Source: Marsupella aquatica | Lineage: Eukaryota > Plantae > Marchantiophyta | Assembly (NCBI GenBank): GCA_973895155.1 | Contig: OZ316899.1 | Location: 11,595,775-11,659,774, forward strand | Reading direction: 5' to 3' | Length of the DNA stretch: 64,000 nt | Shown: piece after piece, positions 26,030 to 38,886 of the stretch | How positions within the stretch are numbered: position 1 is the first letter of the stretch | How the letters are laid out: each line of letters begins with the position of its first letter | The notes under the pieces: model-generated | The model's input: the letters and a program-made list of their open reading frames with translations, nothing else | The model's database searches: none | Told to the model about the DNA's origin: nothing | Made by a program: the position numbers and the translations under genes

Positions 26030-26916
26030 TTAGTATTGCCGACGGAAAGTGAGGTACATCTTGGTGCCTGGAAATTGCGTCGGATGTCAAAATGGGGTGC
26101 GGGTCCAGTTTGTAACGGAACCCTTGGCCGAGGAGGTAGTCACAATGAATGTAGAAATCAAGTAAAAAGGTTGGGTTTCCAAATCCATATGGTGTTGTTG
26201 CAATTTCTATGAGAGGATGCAAAACGTTTAGGGGAGAACCCTATAACGATCAGATATGGTTTTGCCCCAACAACAAGTGTCACCAAAGCAAACAAGGAGA
26301 GGAGTCTCAAACATGCCCAATGTTCCTTCACATCTCCCAATTGCTAGAGGGACCAATCTTTCTGCAGTAGGGATTCAATTCTTGAAAGAACAAAGACTTC
26401 TTCTTTCCGTAGGCCGTGGAGACAAAAATTGAAGCACCAGTGTCATCTGCGTTACGGTTTGATGTCAATCTTTTTCCCAAAGCGGATCAACCTTACTGAC
26501 CCAATTGTGAGGTGCGCTTCAAGGAACAGGAATAAATGCTTGCAGAGAGCACATCTTCCCCAACCCATTTCAAGAAAATTGAAGCGTCCAAAAAAGAAGT
26601 CATGAGTGTCATTGGTCAGAGAGATATCACAAGTGGAAATGCGCGGGGGAAACAATTTTGTATCTAGACCCATGAACATGAGAGATCAATCGCCTCTTAT
26701 TGGGTTCAAATATGCTCCTTCCCGTGTTGCTCGTGCGAGGATTTCTACCATCGGCATACTTATCGCAAGCCTTATATGCCTTGTAAGCATGTATATTGGG
26801 TGTTCAAGAATGTGTTCAAATTGGATGTGCACGATTCAACATTATCAAGCCAGCCGATTCTAACGTTGAGAGAAGTCCGTTACTTACTTGATAGGCAATT
26901 GGGAAGGGGAATTTAG
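26030..26916 (+). pseudogene. SWIM zinc-finger protein remnant (not in the ORF track)
   Basis: 26698-26916 reads YWVQICSFPCCSCEDFYHRHTYRKPYMPCKHVYWVFKNVFKLD..QPILTLREVRYLL* (CxC-xn-CxH); Cys-rich broken frames upstream (PVCNG, NECRN, IWFCPNNKC). Confidence 0.75.
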
Positions 26917-27521
26917 ATTGTTGCTTTAACGTTCAATAGCTAGAATGGTGGTTTGTCTTTTCTAACGGGCAGAAGTGCATATTTTTATAGTTCCATTTTT
27001 ACTATACTAGCGCCGGGCGCTAGTAATGTTTGCTTGTATTTTGACCTCAGAATTGGATGCAATAAATTGGAGTCATTGTGTGAAATCTTAGAAAATATGG
27101 CTTTATTGTTGTAGAGTGGTGGGCCCTCCTCTTGTTGTTGTAACACAATGATTTTTTGCGTGTTGACGGCACTTTAATATGACTCTCCAGATAGTATACA
27201 TACCTGAAGCCTGAACTGAGTGATGGATTCCTCATTGCAATTATTTACATATGGAATTATGAAGAAAAGAAACCTTGACATATGTCAACCTCTTTCTTCA
27301 TACCCTGAAAAAATGATTTTTACTTTTGTGTTTGTTATTTGAATGGTCTTCATTACTTTACAATTTAGAACTATAGAGCTTATGAGTAAAAGCTCTCAAA
27401 ACCACTCAGCATACACTAAATTAGTCATTTTACTCCTATTTGTTCTTTATGGGAACAAATACCAAGTTTAGAAACCTTGAAGTCTACTTTTGGTTCTTCA
27501 TCGCAAACTACATATGATTTT

Positions 27522-27539
27522 TGGCGCCGTTGCCGGGGA
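27522..27539 (+). promoter_or_regulatory. Athila-type PBS TGGCGCCGTTGCCGGGGA of a decayed Gypsy remnant (about 27.0-28.9 kb)
   Basis: Exact Athila-type PBS motif 9 nt after a candidate LTR end ..ACTACA (27512); followed by degenerate purine-rich sequence without RT. Confidence 0.7.
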
Positions 27540-29015
27540 ACAAAACCAGGAGCAAGATTACTAATTTAAAATCCTTGAATGAGAAGAGAATTCCAAGAGA
27601 AGAATTGTAGAAGTTTTTCTTCATGGAGGGATCTGAAGCGTCACTCACTTTTGTGTTTGAAGTAAGGCCTTTCACTGTGGATAATGCGCCGGAAGCCCTA
27701 GTACAGTTATTGCAAGAGGAGGCTACACACACAAGTTGCAGGAGAAGAAGGGAACTCCAAACCAAGAAAGTAAGACGAAAGGGTGCTTAAGAGAAGTTCA
27801 GATCTTCAAATAGGGTTCAAAATTCTGAAATCACAATTCAAGGAGAGAATGTTACGCAGGCAGTGAATACCAAAAATTCAATTGACTTGGAGAAGTCATG
27901 GTGAGAAAGAACCAACCCCAGAAGAAAGAAAGGGCTCTGATTAAATCTCGGGATAATCAAGCTTTGTGATTAAAAGCACCACGGCACAATCCAGAACAGC
28001 AATTGTGAAATGCCAAGAGGGAGGGGCCAATGGAGGAAGTTACTTTTGGGGTGGTGAATTGGTAAAAGTTGATACATGGGATACCAATGTGTTCTATGAT
28101 TGTTTGTTCATTTTTAGAAGAATTATAGATGGACTATTTGAGTTGGTAGAAGCAACTCATGATCAAGAGTTTGATTCATTTTAATTCCTGCACTAATTAG
28201 AAACCACCACATTGAAGAGGAGATTTTGGATTTAGGGATTGAGAGAGAATTTAAAGCCGCCTTAACAGTGTTAAAAGGGGACCAATTCTGGAGGAACAAA
28301 TTGGATGTAGTGTTGCAGAAATTTTATGAGAACTCCAATGTGCTGATAGTAGGAGAAAGGCCTTTTATGACCGTAGATATAAATGAATTAATCGGAACTT
28401 GTAGATGGTACACAAGAAAAGGCTGGATCCTGCTCAAATGGAAAGAGGTGAGTACCGGAAAGACATCTTTCAAATGGAGTGCAGGATTACCATGATGTTT
28501 TGACCTAACAGATGTGCTAGTGTTAAAGAGGTTGTGGAGGAATGAAGGGAATTCAAATTGCAGCCTATCAAGGAAGAGCAGGACCTGGAATTTGTGCTGA
28601 AAAAGAATAAGCAACATAGCAGCCATTTGGGCTACATAAGAGGAGGAAGGAAAACTCAAGCAAGTGTTGGCCAATTTGCACATGGTTGCTAACCCATGGA
28701 TAGATGCACTAGATGGTATGGAAAATTTTCTAAATGATTATAGACCACCCGACCCAAATTTGGAAGCAAATAATGGTTTCTTTCAAGTAGAATATTGAGA
28801 GGAACGTTTCCACCAATAATGGTTAAACCTAATACTATTAGGTACAATAGAGATATCCGTAAAGTATATCCTGACTTTCGTCCAAGAATTAGGCTAACTC
28901 GGGATTAGACCCGCTAATTTGTCATTAGTTGTAAAGTAGGTCCTGCTTTGTAAAGCTTGATGAGTTACTATAAACCATCCCGAGTTAATTTTGGCACACG
29001 ACAGAATCATCGGGC

Positions 29016-29087
29016 TACTCAGCAGCTCTACCCTTGGCCTCGACAGCGCAAGGTTACTCAGCAGCTCGCCCTTGGCCTTGACATTGC
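29016..29087. repeat. ~38-bp tandem duplication upstream of the Harbinger ORF
   Basis: TACTCAGCAGCTC..CCCTTGGCCT.GACA occurs twice. Confidence 0.75.
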
Positions 29088-29248
29088 GACAATAACAGCC
29101 TCTGCCCTTGAAAATTAATCTGCGCCCTCTTCACTCATCTCTGTGTGTGTCCTACAGTCCTTCATTTACTCTGACGGTGTGGCCACAAGGAGCTGGTGAG
29201 CTCTCCATCTTTTTGCCAAGTGTGGATCTTGGAGCAGTGCGCCTACTG

Positions 29249-30470
29249 ATGGAGATGCCCACAATGCCAGGGAGTCTTGATATGCAGCAAGTCCTTCCTC
29301 CAATCATGCACGACGAGGAGCATGAAGATTTCTGGAGAGGAGATAATGATAGCCAAGATCACGGAGTTTATGCTGTTGTTGCTTGCAATGGCTATGCAGG
29401 CATATCTCATAATGCTCAATACATTCCAACCAATTGAGCTTGCTCGGGAGAATCAGGTGACTATGAACCCAAGAAGACTAGTAGATGACCTACTCTAGCT
29501 CTAAATACTCTCAAACTCCACAATTGTTCAAGGACCTCACAAATTTCACTCTTGAAGAATTTGCAGAGCTCTGTGCAATTGTTTGTCCCACCATAGAACA
29601 GAATGCTAGGTCTAGTGGATTATCTCACAAGCTAAAAGGTCGCCCTAGCAAATTGACTCCAAAACAGAGATTGCTTAGCTACGTCTTTTACATGAAGCAT
29701 GACAACACAATTTATTTTGATGCTGCTCATTGGAATTGGGCAAGATCATCAGTATGTGATGATGCCATTTTTGTAGCTTCTTGTGTAAATCAAGCCCTGA
29801 CCAATGAGATCCGATGGCCTAGTGACGATGAGAGATTGGAGTTGGGGAATGTCATCACCAACTTGCCTGGATGCATAGGATTTGTTGATGGCACCTTATG
29901 CAAATTTGCAGGCCCTTTGATGACTACTATCACAGTAAATGGTATCAAGGGCGGAAAAAGATGTATTGCTTTAATTCCACAGTGCTAGTAGATCATAATG
30001 GACTTTTTATCTATGTTGACCCTGGCTATCCTGGTAGTTTCCATGATGTCACAATTCTGAAGGATTCTTGGGTGGACAAGAATTGGAGAACCCTGTTTGC
30101 AAATCAGGATGACTACTATGAGTATTTGCTTGGCGATCAGGGATACACAAGCATGGAGAATTATGTGATGAGAGGTTTCAGTAAGGTGGAAATCCGAGCT
30201 ATGGAATTGGATGAAAGCCTGGTGAAGATATTCAACAAGATGCACTCGGGATACAGAGTCAAGGTGGAGTGGGGAATTGGTGGTATGAAACAGAATTGGA
30301 GGCGGTTGCAGAAAAGATTTGATCTTGTGAGACCTAAGTTTGCCATCACATTTAGGGCAGCTGCATTGCTCACCAATTTCCTGCATAGGCGAAGGAGGGA
30401 TATGAGAGTAGAAATAATTGGTCCTAGGGTTAGAGGAGAAGAGAACAGGGGATGGGCTGGCAACTTTTGA
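29249..30470 (+). pseudogene. PIF/Harbinger (DDE_Tnp_4-like) transposase, frameshifted
   Basis: LPGCIGFVDGTL, frameshift, then ICRP..WYQGRKKMYCFN..VDHNGLFIYVDPGYPGSFHD..YLLGDQGY..FNKMHSGYRVKVEWGIGGMKQNWRRL..LTNF. Confidence 0.9.
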
Positions 30471-31053
30471 AACCTTGGGAGCTCATGAGAGTGCTCTTGG
30501 GCTCAACATTTGTTATATAGTCTGCACTGTCGTATGCACAATTGAGAGCACACTTGAATGTTGCTTCAGTATGTAAAGTTATCTCTGTCCTTAAGGGGAT
30601 ATATGCTTAACTCTTCATGAATAAAATTATCAGTTGCCTTTCAAATGGCTGAGTAATGGTTTTTTGTGAGTATGTGGATTCAATCTAGCTTCAGAAACTA
30701 CAGTCCATTGCAAACATTTGCCTTTATGAAGAAATTGAAGACCCTGGACGACAATGACAACACACAGAAGCTCAAATGCATGAATGTGTTTTTTATTGAT
30801 TTCACTCATGAATCATTTGTGTTACATGCAATAAAATTGCTCCCAACACAAAATTCTATATGAGATCAAAACTGGCCAAGTACATAGACTACAAAATTGG
30901 TCAAGTGCATGTGTGAACTACTTATATTTGCAGAAGTGATCGAGTACATGATCACTCTTGCCACTTCACGAACTATAACTACGAGAGTCCAAAAGCAGCT
31001 TTATCAGCCTATTCATTAAAAGTGTATTTTCTTTTGTTCACAAATCAGTCTTG

Positions 31054-31132
31054 AAATGTACACTTTCATGTCCCCAAATGTACACTTTAAGAAACCCAAA
31101 TGTACACTTTTTGGTCCCTAAATGTACACTTT
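31054..31132. repeat. 22-bp-phased motif array, core AAATGTACACTTT
   Basis: Identical 13-mers at 31054, 31076, 31098 and 31120, with variable 9-nt spacers. Confidence 0.9.
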
Positions 31133-31410
31133 ATAGGCCAAATCATATTATTATTATATTAATAAAGAATACATATTATATTATTTATTAATTCACAAAG
31201 AATAATAGGATAGAGATCATTAGTTAATATTAATTCACAAAGAATAGTAGGATAGAGATCATACTTATAAAAACATTTCAGCACAAAGAAGCCCTTGAAT
31301 ATGTGTGAACAAAATGACATAACTCCAAATAGATTATAAAATAATATATAATTATCTCCAAATTTACAATATATTTCTTCTATCTAAGGGGCTTAACATG
31401 AGTAAGATCT

Positions 31411-32453
31411 CTAAACAAAGTGTTCCTTACAATGTGTATTTGAGCATGTGCCCCTGTCTCCTTTACTATCTACCCTATTGTCACGGTTGCAAGTCCCTTT
31501 ATCTTCAGGGAGCTGAAACTTGGTGGTGTTGTTCCTAATGACTATAATCTCCCGCAAAAAGTGTCTAAGATTTTCTCTACACGGACCTGAATAGTCTCGT
31601 CCTACAAATGCTTTAGCAAGTGAGGTGACAAGTGCATCGTCAAGTTCTGCCTTAGTACGTAAACTACATATACGATGCTTCATGTTCCAAGAAATCTCAT
31701 TGCTATTGAGGTCCAACACACTATGCGTAAACTGTGACTTCCAAATTTTTGTTGCACATCTCTTACTAAGTTGATCATAAGTAATTTCATTTTTTACCTT
31801 GTCTCTCTTTATGTGGAGAGTTTAGAAGAAGATAACATCTAATGTCACTTGCATGTGATAGTTTCTCAAGACAATGCCAAAGAATTGTTAGAAGAAAATT
31901 ATCGCCATGATTGGCATGCGTGTAGGGCACTGGAAATAGTCCGATCAATCTTGGGTTGGCAAATGCCTTAAGGGGGGAGTCATCCACAAGGAGCGTGTTG
32001 GTTTCATCATATAGATTTCCAAATCCACTCCATACCACCCAAAAATCCTTCAATAGCACATTTGCTTTTCCGTTTGTATTGTCACGCCTTTGAAGGCATG
32101 TGTCAAAGGCTTCCACCTGTGTGAATACAAACTTAAGTTTCAACCGCTCCTTAGTTAACAGTGAACATCATGTTCAACATTTTCACTGTTTGCTGTACCC
32201 CAGCACATGTCCAAATTGCAACATCAAATCGGTCAAAAACCAACTTTAGAAAGTCATGGAGCCCTGGCCTTTCTGTATACATGCGACTAATTCCATTTTT
32301 TCTATCCCAATGCACTCCACTTGGGGTCACAACATTTCTGGATTTGCCCTTGCTTTGGAATTCAACCGAATCCCAAAGTATTTTGTTAAGATCCAAAATC
32401 AGCAATTTGCGCTTGATGGAAGGTCTTGGTTCTGCAAGTGCAACAAATACCAA
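31411..32453 (-). pseudogene. FCP1/NIF-like HAD phosphatase-domain protein with C-terminal extension (copy 2)
   Basis: KLLILDLNKIL, ERPGLHDFLKLVFDRFDVAIW, NTLLVDDSPLKAFANP, LEKLSHASDIRCYLLLNSP; the tail at 31411-31719 resembles 10150-10420. Confidence 0.8.
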
Positions 32454-32678
32454 TCTTAGAGAAAAACCACATTTGAAGTTTGGATAGAGATCATCTCAAT
32501 CCAAAAACACAAGTGGCCAACCACAAAGAAAATCTGCATACTGACAATATTCATTGAGAAACCATAAAGAGGAAATGGATATTGATATTTATGCTCTAAT
32601 TGTTAGGCTTGAAGTATAATTATACAGACTATATTATATCAAATTGATAAGGTCACATGGCTAAATCTTAGCCCTTGG

Positions 32679-34030
32679 CTAACAATGAGATCCATATTCA
32701 TCAATCATGATATCATCACCGAGCTCCTGTTGGATCTCATAATTGACATCGGATGTACTCTCCTCTACCCAATAAGGTGCAGACCAAACTGGAGTTATCA
32801 ATCCCAATTCTCCGCTTCTATAAGCTGGATCTTTCTTATGCTTTTTGTACAAGTCATTGTTCAAAATTGATTGAGCAGCATCCAACGGTACTTCGGTTCC
32901 TACATCTGGTCCACTTTTCCACACATAACATCGACAATCATATTCAAGTGACTTATATCCCATTGATCCTACTCTCTTCCCTTTCTTTTTTGAGAGTGGA
33001 AGGATGACAGGACTTCTTGATTGTGACCGAACAAACACTAATTTGTCATCAGAAGCGGAAAAGAGTGTATTAGGACAAATTGAAGCACCTGCCTGGTTGT
33101 CAGCAGTCGTGGATGCACTTGCTTCATTGACGGGAATGTCAGGTACTTGGATGGTTTCTGGTCTCAATCCCAATGTGTCAAGTTCATTGGACTCACCATG
33201 CCTCTCCGCACCTTGATTGAGAAGGTTGTTTGAAGAAAGTTTCTCAAATGTATCAACTTCTGATTCTCTCATTTTCTCCATCTCTTGTCCAGGCACTTGT
33301 GGATGGAGACCATCTCTATCCAAGTTATCATGAAACTGGCCCTCGTTGGGGCCCATGGGGGCAACATCTGTAATTGGTGAACTACAAGGTGCAGATCCAA
33401 CAATCATGTCGTCTTCCACAAGGTCAATATCTTCACCCTCACCAACTTGGTCATCCAAATTCTTCACATATGCGCCTTCCGATGGCCCATCACCTTTACT
33501 GATTGGTCAGCTCCATCTTCTTGATCACCATCTGATTCGTCATGAATAGCAACAGTGGCAGTAGAGGGTTCCCAATGTCTAGAACTTCCACCGCCATAGC
33601 GATCATAGCAATCTTTGATGGTGGGAACCCTCTCACAAAGGAACAAAGCATATGCTTCCACAAAATGTCTCTCATGTTGAGAGTCACAATAAACAAAACA
33701 TTCACGTTGAGAAAAAAGGGATGTCTTCATCACTTGACCGCCAGAGAAAAAGTCAAGAATCAAATCCTCCGGTTTGGATAATGTTTGGCATGAGGATTCA
33801 CCCATCCACCGCGAGCCCCAACAGTCTCAAATCAAGGTGCCATGTGCAAAAGTATTGCCGCCTCTTCTGGGGTCATCACAATTCGTAGATCTTCATCCAT
33901 TGACTCCTTGCCCATGTCCTTTCCCTTCGCCGTTCCATTCCTTTTGATCTTCTCAACCACAAAATCAGTATCCTTTTCACCATACACCCATTTTGGCTTC
34001 ATTTGGTTGGAGTCGCGGAACTCGACTACC
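32679..34030 (-). pseudogene. Cargo protein remnant: methyltransferase-like SAM-binding segment plus acidic linker, 5'-truncated
   Basis: QTLSKPEDLILDFFSGG resembles the '(S/T)xPGDxVLDPFxGSG' motif I near the C-terminus of beta-class N4C/N6A DNA methyltransferases; catalytic motif not seen. Confidence 0.45.
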
Positions 34031-34034
34031 TTAA

Positions 34035-35480
34035 CACTTAGCTCCGGCGTCGCTGACTCCGACGCCGAGCTCCCTTATGGTCCAGGCCTGGATAGGCCAT
34101 CCGGGGAGGACTTAGCATGGGGAGACTTGTGGGCAATGAGACGTGGCACTGGCGAGGCAAGGGGCCAAGCTGGGGACACACACTAAGGACTTGGACTAGC
34201 CTATGGCTGGTCGGGTCAAGGGGAAATGGGCCGGGTTCAAGGATGGCTGTCCGGACCGTCGGATGTACTTTGAGTTCTGAGGGCTTGGGAGTGAGCTCCT
34301 CTTGGGCCCAAGGCCAATGGAGTTGACGCCATTGGCAACGGACGCTTGGGGCGCAAGTTGTGGCCCGATCCGGGTTGGGCCGGTCGGGGCCCCCGAGCGG
34401 CGATCAGACCTGAGGGCCTAGGCATGAGCACTAGGTCGGCCCGGTCACAACGGGCTAAGGCACTCCGCTTGCGGATGCCTATCAAGAAAGTTATGGGCAT
34501 TGCCAGTTGGTGGCGCTCCCATTATGCGCGATGGGATCCGGGTTTGGGGCCAAATGTTTAGGGACCAAAGCTGGTCCGGGGGTGGCAGGTCTCCAGAAGC
34601 ATATATGAGGGGAGTGGTGTCTCCCTGGGGGCTAAGGCCGAGCCGAAGTCGTTAGCCGCGGCACTAAGGGCGGTCGCGACACTAAGGGAAACCACCAAAC
34701 GGAAATGACGATATCTTCCCAACGGGGAGTCTGTTGGAGGACTTCTTGGGTGCGTTGGAAAGCTCTTGAGGAGGGCTACGTCCTCTTGAGCTCAGCTGGG
34801 TCTGGGGGTGCCGTGGGTTCTTCTGGTTTGCGGGTGTTAGCTCGCCTGCTTGCCAAATCCTGCCGAACAACAGCCAAACCGCGTTCAGTCTCCCAAGGGA
34901 GCTTGCGTTGGGGAGGCAAGGCCAAGTAGGTGTGGAGGCTGAGTTCCAAGGGTGCTCGGCCCCTAGACCACCAGTGGGGCAAACCAGGAGCGGGTGCTAG
35001 AGTCAGGGCCGTTCTGGTCCCGGTGTGTTGGGACAAGCTTAGGACAAGCTTTGGGCCATGAGCATGTCCTGGGGTCAGGGCGGTCAGTTGGTGATGGATA
35101 GGTACAAGGGGGAACCCGGGCTGCGCCCAAGGAAGGAGCTGTTCTAGATAAACAGTGGGCGTGAGTTCTGGTTCCGGCTTATGGCGTCGGGAGGACCTAT
35201 CGCTGACCTATTTACCAACATTTGTTGAGCTTGGGTTAGGATGCTAGACTTGGTGAGTTCTAGATCCAGAAGGGTTACTTACCAAGGTGTTTGGTTGCTT
35301 GTGCAGATAGGGAGGACTGTTGAGTAGCGGTTGTGCTAGAGAGCAAGTGCGGCTTTGTATGGGAGGGGCCGCTGATGGTGCAAGGGGCACTAGGTTACTT
35401 GCTCGAGGTATTCAGTGGAGGCGTTCGGGCACCAAGGGCACTTAGGCATGAGTGTTGGGATTGGTGAGGGCGCTGGGTGG
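34035..35480. repeat. GC-rich unassigned repeat-like block, probably LTR fragments
   Basis: Abrupt GC shift; hairpin at about 34040-34071; LTR-like terminus TGTCGCGACC on the minus strand at 34681; no convincing ORF. Confidence 0.35.
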
Positions 35481-35486
35481 CACGGT

Positions 35487-36741
35487 CCACCACTGGGAGT
35501 AATGCGGCTTCTCAAGCTGTCGTGATAGAGGAGGTACAACCGACGCCAACCTCAGGCAGGATCACGGTAGATCCACCCCTAGAAGGCGGGGATGGTAAGG
35601 CCGAGGCCGGAACAATCAGTGATGAAGCCGGGGTATTGGATCCTCCACTAGAGCATGTTGGGGAGGCCGTAGCCTTATTAGAGGCCGTGGCCGATGCTGA
35701 GACCAAAGCCGAGGGTGGACCCAGTCAGGCCGATGAAGAGTTGACTTAGTCCGGGGCAGGTAATCTGTCAGAGGATGGACCTACGGCAATGGCTGCGGAA
35801 GAAGCACTGGGGGCGTCCATTGAGGATCAGCCACCGCTACCATGATGGTGGTGGAGGGCCGCTCCTTTTAAGGAGGGCGAACGTGGAGGGAGGAGGCATG
35901 AGTGGGCAGGGTGGGCTCAGATCTCCAAGTTTAGAACTAGGATCAGGACCAAGAGGCGGCCCTGACACTTAGATTAGTGGGATTGCGGATCCACTGGTAA
36001 GAGCAACACTTGTGCTCCCTCCTCGCTGTACGTAGGTAGATTATAGTTAGGTAGATTAGGCTTACGCTGCAAAGAATTAGGCGGATCCACTGCCAGGATA
36101 AGTACATGGGCTGCGGGGAGTTCAGGGCCTTCTTCTTTAGCAAGTTTTTAGTGCACCAGCAGGGCTGGGATCAGGTAGTAAAAGAATCTCTCGGTTAGTT
36201 ATACTGTGACCCTTGTGTATATTCACGTTTCCTCATGCCTAAGAGATGAATAGAGTTGGCCTCACGGCTTAGTTCGCAGATCTTGTGTATGAGAAGTATT
36301 GTTTGTATGGCAAGTGCATGGTATAACTCAGTAAGAATGAGTCATTTTGCTATTTGTGTGTTGCATTAACTTGTTTGAAGATTGCCCACATCAACCAAGA
36401 GAAGGGAGTAAGCAAGGTAGTAAGAGTTGGATGTGTCGAGCTGAGAGAGGTCTTAGCGGCTTACCCAAGCCAGTTGGGGATCATTCCGACGGTGGAATCC
36501 AAACATACCTAAAGGAAGACCAAGAGAGGAGACCAAGGGAAGACATAGAAGAGGCCGGCTACGTGTCTCATGACCCGATGAAGGATCTATCCAGTATATG
36601 TGTGTAAAATGTTAGTAGAAGGAGGTTAGCAGCGTCCCATGCCGCTAAGCCGCAAAACCGGCCTGGCCAAGGGTGAAACCTGCGGGAATCGGCTTGTGCA
36701 AGGGGGTTTCTTGGGTTTAGGGAGCCATGGGATGCACCACA
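35487..36741 (+). mobile_element. 3' portion of a family B LTR
   Basis: Collinear with about 23220-24515; ends GATGCACCACA. Confidence 0.85.
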
Positions 36742-37267
36742 GGAGCCGGGCTCCGTTGTAGTGTATACTCCTCGGCCTAGGGTCTGTTCGTTCACGAGGT
36801 GTCGGGTCAACCAATCGTAAGTGTATGATCATAAATGAATGAAATCCTTTCCCCTCAATTCCTTCGTGTAAATCGAGATTTATGTTTATGTGTAAACGCA
36901 TGTATGAGTCTCGTGTGCAAGTATCAATGCCAGGCCAAACACGTTATGCCAAGCATGCAGATTACGGATACGGGGTTGCGAGCCGGGGTTGAGCACTTGT
37001 ACTAATGGATCTGGATTGAAGGTGGTAACACGAAGGCTTAGAAGTCCGTAAGCCGGGGTTGACCCCGTGTCAACTAAGGTACGTTCCGGCGGCGAAACAC
37101 AAACTATACCTAGGAGGTGTCTGTACATAACAATAAGCGCACTTAGCGCTAGTTTACGTGAGTTAGGAGCATTCCGTGCATCCCTCCCTGCCCAAACCCT
37201 CATATTTACGAAGGATGTGCCTGTCTAAGCCGAAGCCCGGGTTAAGGCCTAGGTTGACAACGTGACA
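36742..37267 (+). mobile_element. 3' tail of a family A LTR
   Basis: Matches the reverse complement of 38887-39424; ends CAACGTGACA. Confidence 0.8.
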
Positions 37268-37271
37268 CAAT

Positions 37272-38245
37272 AGAGGAGATGGACGCAATGAAGTGGGATA
37301 ACGAGCCTCTCCTGGACCAAGTCCAGATTCTCAAGCAAGACGCCGATTGGCTGAGGAGGCAACGGGACGGCCGCTCCAAGTCCCACTTGGACATGTCTGG
37401 CAAACATGCCAAACATTAGGCAGCATGGTGGATTTAGAATAGCGTAGGTTTAGCCACAAAAATCAACCACTTCCGACAAGTGCCAAAACTAGTTAGCGGC
37501 ACTGTCAATCTTTCTTTAGCGTAGGATCTTAGAGTAAAGACAAGCCATTTTGCGGTCTGGCAGTTAGCTGAAATTAGCATAAATTAGAATTCAAGCACGT
37601 GACTGTTCTTGGCCATGGCTCTTAGTTAGTATTTAGTGCACCCCCCAATAGAGGCAAGGTGGATTTTTAGGTTCAAAAATGAGCATCCGTAGGATGTGTG
37701 GGGAGTCCCGGCCTTCATGAATAAGAGAGCAACAAGGATTGAGGGTACGACTAAGTTTGCTGGGCGAGTGCGGAGCCGGGTTCCGTTGTAGTGTACTTCT
37801 CTTTGCCGTTGGGCCTGGTTATTCAGAAGAAGTCGAGTCAACCGTGTGTATATGCATAACGGATTCTGAAGTAAAGTCTTTTCCCCACTATTTCCTTCGT
37901 GTAAATCAAGATTGTATGTTGTGAATATTGTTGGAATTGTAAATCTTGTGTGTGAGTAGAGAATGCTTGGCCAAACGCGCTATACAAGCTGCACACTGAG
38001 TGTCAGCTGCGGATAGTGGTTGCGAGCCCGGGTTCGATACCTGTATTATCGGATCCGGATCGGAGGCGGACAACACGAAGGCTTAGAAGTCCTTAAGCCA
38101 GGGTCGTTGCAGCTATCGACTTAAGGTAAGTTCCAGCGGCGGAATACAAAGTATACCTATGATGCATGTAAGAATAGGGTTGGGCACATTTAGTGTCAAG
38201 TTATGGGAATAAAGTACCATTTGCACATCCCTCCTTGCCCACAAC
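37272..38245 (+). mobile_element. Family A LTR fragment (ORF end plus tail)
   Basis: Collinear with 12870-13835 (EEMD..NEPLLDQVQILKQDA..). Confidence 0.8.
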
Positions 38246-38886
38246 CTTGACATCACAAAACTGAATTTTTTTTTGTTTTGTATCTATTGGACATAAGAGT
38301 GATTGCTACAAATGGCTATGTCCAATTTATGTTTTATGCATGACACCATGCCATCTTAATATGCTACAACAAATTCATCTATTTTATATCCGAATGATGT
38401 CTATGCAATGCTGAAAGTTCATTTAATTACATTATGAAACATATATACTTTTGATGTAGACTTGCTATTGACATTTTAATTTGTTTGATATAAACCTTAT
38501 GTTCCATCTATAATTGGTGTGTAAACTACACATATATAACTGTCATAAGTTATTGACCAAATAAGCTTAAAAAACTTTTGATTTCAAAAACTTTGGAGTA
38601 AATATTTAACTTAAATACATGAAATATTTCCACAAAATTCTCATGCAAGTTAAAGTAAGGAGAAAGGGAAAACTTTATTTCAACAAACTTTGTTACTCAA
38701 ACTACATAGTATTTCCCAGAGTCTTGCTTTGTCTCCTAGTATTGCTACTATTTATAGAGATAACTTTAATCCAATAAAGTGTCAACATGTGAAGATACCA
38801 CAGCCGGTTGGACACATTCACCGGTGGTAACCTCTAAAAGACCTCATTGCCAAAACACATTTTCAGCTAACTACCCCTTTGCTCAG

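Noticed and set aside
25079-26212. 377-aa ORF as a novel gag fusion
   Set aside because: Chance in-frame junction near 26025 between a gag fragment and a broken SWIM-gene remnant.
31054-31132. CRISPR-like repeat-spacer appearance (also 11005-11123)
   Set aside because: Repeats of 12-13 nt and spacers of 9-10 nt are far too short; no cas genes; eukaryotic context.
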